From Patescibacteria group bacterium (GTDB lineage: Bacteria; Patescibacteriota; Minisyncoccia; Phycocordibacterales; GCA-2747955), in assembly GCA_048538215.1 (NCBI GenBank), contig JBLYPV010000001.1:547526-611525 (forward strand): DNA of 64,000 bases, given 5' to 3'. The notes below the pieces were generated by a model. That model searched no databases and was not told where the DNA came from. It saw only the letters and a program-made list of their open reading frames with translations. A program made the translations under genes and the position numbers. Below, in pieces: positions 59,575 to 64,000 of this stretch (position 1 is its first letter; each line of letters opens with the position of its first letter).

Positions 59575-59640
59575 GCTGGTAGCTGGTGAACTGGTAGCTG
59601 GTAGCTAGTTTGCTGGTGAGCTGGTAGCTGGTGGACTAGT
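59575..59640. repeat. heptanucleotide microsatellite (GCTGGTA-like)n
   Basis: gctggtagctggtgaactggtagctggtagctagtttgctggtgagctggtagctggtggactagt. Confidence 0.7.
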
Positions 59641-59674
59641 AAATTAGTAAACGAGCATATGTTATGATGGCAGT

Positions 59675-60265
59675 ATGACAAGAGAAGCTACTCCCGCCGA
59701 TTTTTCTCCCGCACGATTTATCAAAGGTATTATTGGTAGTGATGAACTTACCGAGGATGCGCATCGTAAGCACATTGCCTTTGTGGGGCGCTCAAATGTG
59801 GGAAAATCATCTTTGATGAATGCCCTTTTGGGGCGAAATAATCTGGTGAAATCATCTGCTCGCCCCGGTAAGACTACGGAAATAAATTACTTTGAGGTAG
59901 GAGAGCACTACTACTTTGTAGACTTGCCTGGCTACGGCTTTGCCCGACTTGGGGCGAAGCAAAGAGAAAAATTGCGTAAACTTATTGTATGGTATCTTCT
60001 GCGTAGCGAGATTGCCAAACGAGCGGTGTGCATGGTATTGGACGCCGGGGTGGGAATGACTGATTTTGATCGCGAAGTCCTAGCGCTTATCGAGGAGGCA
60101 GAGATACCGGTGTGTATCGTAGTCAATAAAATAGATCGCTTGAACCAATCAGAGCGCGCTAAGTGCAGGCAGGAGATGGAAACAATGGGCCTAAGCTATT
60201 TTATGCTTTCTGCTCGCACTGGGCGGGGGCTTGGGAGCTTGCAAGAGTGGCTTGTGTCGATATAA
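59675..60265 (+). CDS. engB: ribosome biogenesis GTPase EngB/YsxC
   Basis: GRSNVGKSSLMNAL, DLPGYG motifs. Confidence 0.8.
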   Translation: MTREATPADFSPARFIKGIIGSDELTEDAHRKHIAFVGRSNVGKSSLMNALLGRNNLVKSSARPGKTTEINYFEVGEHYYFVDLPGYGFARLGAKQREKLRKLIVWYLLRSEIAKRAVCMVLDAGVGMTDFDREVLALIEEAEIPVCIVVNKIDRLNQSERAKCRQEMETMGLSYFMLSARTGRGLGSLQEWLVSI

Positions 60266-60396
60266 TGCCGTGATTGTGTATAGGGCTTCTTGCAGGTAAG
60301 CAAATATACGGTACAATACGATGTATGGTATTGTAAGCAAGGATTACAGTATTTTGTACAAAACACATTATAGTAATTGATAATCAACATATTAGT

Positions 60397-60813
60397 ATGA
60401 ATAACAAACAAGGTTTTACGCTCATTGAGCTTCTCGTCGTCATCGCCATCATTGGTATCTTGTCGCTTGCTGTCTTCACCCAGCTTAATTCTGCGCGAGA
60501 TCAGGCAGCGGATGCCAACCAGGTGAATGATGTGAAACAAGTAGCACTTGCTATGGAGCTTGGGCGAAACCCATCTACGGGAGCATATCCTACAAGTACG
60601 ACCTCCCTGGATAAATACCTCACTCCCTATCCAGAGAATGTGAACTTTGAGATCAATTCGGGCTCATCATCTGAATACTGTGTCTGGGCTACACTCTCTG
60701 ATGCACAGCCAACGGGACAGGAGTATTTCGTAGCATCGGAGACTGGATCAGGATATTTTGCCACTACTGATGGCCCCATTTCTTTGTCAAATTGTGACCC
60801 ATCAAGTACCTAA
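60397..60813 (+). CDS. type IV pilin (probable major pilin)
   Basis: MNNKQG|FTLIELLVVIAIIGIL prepilin signal. Confidence 0.7.
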   Translation: MNNKQGFTLIELLVVIAIIGILSLAVFTQLNSARDQAADANQVNDVKQVALAMELGRNPSTGAYPTSTTSLDKYLTPYPENVNFEINSGSSSEYCVWATLSDAQPTGQEYFVASETGSGYFATTDGPISLSNCDPSST

Positions 60814-60996
60814 GCTTTATTAGATAGGTAGGAGATAGGATGGACCCGCGCCGAAGGCGCGGGTTTTCCATTGTATTCTTGAATTAATTGTGTAATGTGA
60901 TAGAATTCTCGCCAATCTTTGCCTCTGGATACGCCTATGCTCTCATGATGATGAGCCACTAGGGATTACTCGATTAAAGCCATGCAAGGGAGCAAT

Positions 60997-61611
60997 ATGA
61001 AACACATTTTAGGATACAAAGATGGAATGACTCAGATATTTGATGAAACGGGCGCTGCGGTGCCAGTGACGGTCATTAATATTCCACAAAATACCGTAAC
61101 TGATATTAAAACACTCAAGCGAGATGGCTACAGCGCCATACAGCTCGGGGTGGGAGAGCGAACACTCAAACGAATTACCAAAGCGGTGCGAGGACACTTG
61201 GCAAAATCTAATCGTGATAGCGCACAAGATATTCGTGAATTTCGAGGCGATTTTGAGCTAGCTATTGGTGACAGCTTTGGCGTGGATGTATTTGAGATAG
61301 GCGATGAGCTTATCGTCTCGAGTACTTCTAAAGGTAAGGGCTTTCAGGGAGGAGTGAAGCGCCATAATTTTTCGGGAGGTCGCAGAAGCCATGGTAATAA
61401 GCACGCAGAGCGCGAGGTGGGATCGATTGGTGATACGGGAATCCAGCGGGTGATGCGGGGTAAGAAAATGCCTGGGCGTATGGGATCAGATCGAATCACC
61501 ATCAAGAATTTGCCTGTAGTGATGGTGGATACCGAGCATTCACGCATTTTGATCAAAGGATCAGTGGCAGGAAAGCGAGGTGATTTAGTAGAATTGCGTA
61601 CCACGCGCTAA
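60997..61611 (+). CDS. rplC: 50S ribosomal protein L3
   Basis: ILGYKDGMTQIF start, L3-like throughout. Confidence 0.9.
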   Translation: MKHILGYKDGMTQIFDETGAAVPVTVINIPQNTVTDIKTLKRDGYSAIQLGVGERTLKRITKAVRGHLAKSNRDSAQDIREFRGDFELAIGDSFGVDVFEIGDELIVSSTSKGKGFQGGVKRHNFSGGRRSHGNKHAEREVGSIGDTGIQRVMRGKKMPGRMGSDRITIKNLPVVMVDTEHSRILIKGSVAGKRGDLVELRTTR

Positions 61612-61636
61612 TTTGTCGGCATATAATATATAAACT

Positions 61637-62299
61637 ATGAAAGCAACAATCTACAATATGCAGGGAACAGAGGCAGGCACCATTGATTTGCCCGAGCAGA
61701 TTTTCAACCAACAGGCCAATAATGAGCTAGTACATCAGGTGTATACGGTGATGTATGGCAATGAACGACAAGGTACTGCTCATGTAAAAACTCGAGATGA
61801 AGTGCGTGGTGGTGGAGCTAAGCCATGGAAACAGAAAGGTACTGGTAGAGCTCGACACGGATCTATCCGATCACCCATTTGGCGTGGTGGAGGAGTGACT
61901 CACGGCCCACGGACTGAGCGTAACTGGTATCGCAAGATAAACAAGAAGATGCGTGATAAAGCTTTGATGATTGTTTTGAGCCAAAAGCTACGTGATGGAG
62001 AAATTATCTTTATGCAAGACTTGGACTTTAAAGAGCCAAAAACAGCCCAAGCTCAGCAAGTACTTTTTGCACTTAAAGATGCAACGGGCAGAGATAAGCT
62101 GACTCGTGCCAAGCAAGGCACTGTATTGCTAACCACCAAAGAGCATATGCCACTTGTGATGAAATCTTTTGCCAACCTTCCAGGAGTGTCGGTAGAGGAG
62201 CTTCGCAAATTAAGTGTGGTAGACATCTTGCGACATAAGTACTTAATTATCAATGATCCACAAGAAAGCATCGACTTCTTACAATCTAAACTAAGCTAA
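61637..62299 (+). CDS. rplD: 50S ribosomal protein L4
   Basis: Position after L3, typical L4 length and composition. Confidence 0.9.
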   Translation: MKATIYNMQGTEAGTIDLPEQIFNQQANNELVHQVYTVMYGNERQGTAHVKTRDEVRGGGAKPWKQKGTGRARHGSIRSPIWRGGGVTHGPRTERNWYRKINKKMRDKALMIVLSQKLRDGEIIFMQDLDFKEPKTAQAQQVLFALKDATGRDKLTRAKQGTVLLTTKEHMPLVMKSFANLPGVSVEELRKLSVVDILRHKYLIINDPQESIDFLQSKLS

Positions 62300-62304
62300 T
62301 TACT

Positions 62305-62592
62305 ATGACTACTCAAGCAACAAGCAATCGGGTGATCATCTCACCACGAATTACCGAAAAGGCTGCTTTGGCAGGGAGCAACAACTGCTTTGTCTTTATC
62401 GTGGACCCACGCGCTACTAAAAATGAAATTGCTAAAGAAATTAGTGAGCTATATAATGTAGACCCTATACGAATCAATATTGCTAGAAATGCTCCTAAGA
62501 AAAGATTTTTTCGAGGGGTATGGGGCAAGAAGCCAGGAGTGAAGAAGGCCTATGTCTACCTGAAAGAGGGTGAAAAAATTAATGTAATGTAA
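62305..62592 (+). CDS. rplW: 50S ribosomal protein L23
   Basis: Typical L23 size and sequence. Confidence 0.9.
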   Translation: MTTQATSNRVIISPRITEKAALAGSNNCFVFIVDPRATKNEIAKEISELYNVDPIRINIARNAPKKRFFRGVWGKKPGVKKAYVYLKEGEKINVM

Positions 62593-62648
62593 CAATATTA
62601 GAATCTATCTGGATGCAACCCAGGATACTCAAGCATAAAATAATTATT

Positions 62649-63506
62649 ATGGCACTCAAACGATACAAACCAACTTCAAACGGCCGACGGAATATGACGG
62701 CAGTAAAGTATAAAGATATACTAAGCACTTCAAAACCACACAAGGCGCTTCTTTCTGGTGGAAAAAATACCTCTGGGCGCAACAGTGCAGGACGATTGAC
62801 GAGCCGATTTCGAGGCGGAGGGCATAAGCGAAAATTTCGTGCTGTTGATTTTGTGTATGACAAGAAAGACATCCCTGCTCGTGTAGAGACGATTGAATAC
62901 GATCCCTACCGATCTGCTTTTATCAGCTTGATTTGCTATCGTGATGGTGAGCGACGATATATTATTGCTCCACAAAAGATCCAAGAAGGCGATGAGATTA
63001 TCGTCTCACTCGAGGCACCTATCAAGCCAGGTAATCGCTTGCCACTGACTCATATCCCACTGGGAACATTTGTATACAATGTGGAAGCTAATCCAGGCAG
63101 TGGGGCAAAATTTGCCCGCTCAGCGGGGAATGCAGCGGAGCTTGTAGCTATTGATGCGGGAAAAGCACAGCTCAAGATGCCGTCTGGTGAAATTCGCCGA
63201 GTAGTCGACCAGTGTTGGGCAAGTATTGGTGAGGTATCTAATGAGCATCATGGGCTCGTGAATATTGGCAAGGCAGGAAGAAGCCGCCACCTGGGACGCC
63301 GACCACGCGTGCGTGGTAGCGCGATGAACGCGGTGGATCACCCACACGGAGGTGGAGAGGGGCGAGCGGGGCGTGGACATCGACGCCAACGCACCTTTGC
63401 AGGACGCCCTGCAGGTAAGGGGCAAAAAACACGCGCACCTAAGAAATACTCGAATCAGAATATTATTCGACGCCGTAGGGTGAAGATGACGAAAAATAAT
63501 CGCTAG
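62649..63506 (+). CDS. rplB: 50S ribosomal protein L2
   Basis: MALKRYKPTSNGRR...HPHGGGEG. Confidence 0.9.
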   Translation: MALKRYKPTSNGRRNMTAVKYKDILSTSKPHKALLSGGKNTSGRNSAGRLTSRFRGGGHKRKFRAVDFVYDKKDIPARVETIEYDPYRSAFISLICYRDGERRYIIAPQKIQEGDEIIVSLEAPIKPGNRLPLTHIPLGTFVYNVEANPGSGAKFARSAGNAAELVAIDAGKAQLKMPSGEIRRVVDQCWASIGEVSNEHHGLVNIGKAGRSRHLGRRPRVRGSAMNAVDHPHGGGEGRAGRGHRRQRTFAGRPAGKGQKTRAPKKYSNQNIIRRRRVKMTKNNR

Positions 63507-63518
63507 ATAGGCTATTTG

Positions 63519-63550
63519 AAACAAAAAATCCGCTATGCGGATTTTTTGTT
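63519..63550 (+). terminator. rho-independent terminator right after rplB
   Basis: aaacaaaaaatccgctatgcggattttttgtt. Confidence 0.65.
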
Positions 63551-63658
63551 GGCCGCCAGACTGGATAAAATCTTTGTCGGGGTGAGTAGGCAGATAGCAC
63601 AGGAAAGATGCAAGGTGGATATGCTTGCTTTGGGTGTTATAATGGAGCTATGCTGATT

Positions 63659-63907
63659 ATGTATACAAAAACGGGCTGTCCATTTTGTCGGAAAGTGGAA
63701 GACTATCTCAACGATAAGGGGATTGCCTATGAGCTAAAGGATGTCAGTACTGATGAGGCACTGATAGATGAGCTCATTGAGCTTGGAGGAAAGCGACAAG
63801 TGCCCTATTTGATGGACACCGAAAGAGGGGTGTCGATGTATGAATCGGATGATATTATCCAATATGTACAGGATACCTATGGAGAAAATCCAACTATTAT
63901 AATGTAG
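63659..63907 (+). CDS. glutaredoxin-like protein
   Basis: MYTKTGCPFC...QVPYL; tataat at ~63636 and GGAG upstream support the downstream start. Confidence 0.7.
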   Translation: MYTKTGCPFCRKVEDYLNDKGIAYELKDVSTDEALIDELIELGGKRQVPYLMDTERGVSMYESDDIIQYVQDTYGENPTIIM

Positions 63908-64000
63908 TGCTTGTGGTCTGATATTCTTATGTAAAACTCTCTATTGATAATCAATAGAGAGTTTTACTTTTGGATCATTTAGTAGTATTCTTTTTTGTGA

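Overview
Read by eye from the sequence and the ORF track; no searches or folding were run, so all homology calls are motif-level inference. The window looks like part of a small, reduced bacterial genome of about 47% GC, densely coded, with many secreted or surface proteins, type IV pilins and ribosomal proteins carrying extensions. A Candidate-Phyla-Radiation-type organism is plausible but unverified.

Layout:
- 1-8.2 kb: an AT-rich (~30% GC) glycan-modification island with three different methyltransferases (TylF-like, class I SAM, FkbM), a GT11 fucosyltransferase-like gene (motif GGLGNQMCQYAF), a CgeB-like glycosyltransferase, a P-loop protein and two paralogous Wzx-type flippases.
- 10.1-10.9 kb: a tRNA locus (tRNA-Arg UCG on +, tRNA-Gly UCC on -) with an unresolved T-arm-containing tRNA-like fragment, several hairpins, and a 77-bp tandem repeat that duplicates the 5' end of tRNA-Gly.
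- 11-24.4 kb: housekeeping genes (CBS/HPF fusion, YraN, miaA, UvrD/PcrA helicase, rsmA) interleaved with a 943-aa TraG/HerA-like ATPase, a 644-aa coiled-coil membrane protein, and a small wHTH protein bracketed by two copies of a 46-52 bp CACGTG-centred palindrome. A third copy lies at 38.1 kb.
- 24.8-35 kb: a surface-protein cluster (two TSP3-repeat paralogues, a LysM membrane protein, large secreted proteins), interrupted at 31.8-32.9 kb by a ~66% GC foreign-looking insert that sits between two copies of a TTGACA-palindrome promoter.
- 35-47 kb: clpP, pyrH, an orphan promoter-to-terminator unit of about 450 nt with no convincing ORF (candidate ncRNA), xerC/D-like recombinase, rpsO, an NYN-domain protein, rpsF (with acidic + HhH tail), ssb, rpsR, efp, recA, ftsK.
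- 47-54.7 kb: a 1076-aa surface protein with a PG-binding domain, then a REP-associated tyrosine transposase (RAYT) flanked by REP doublets (REPINs), with a third inverted REPIN 3.5 kb away. This is followed by a prepilin peptidase and four pilin-like genes.
- 54.7-64 kb: ligA, gatCA, engB, a type IV pilin, and rplC-rplD-rplW-rplB without flanking rpsJ/rpsS, then a glutaredoxin.
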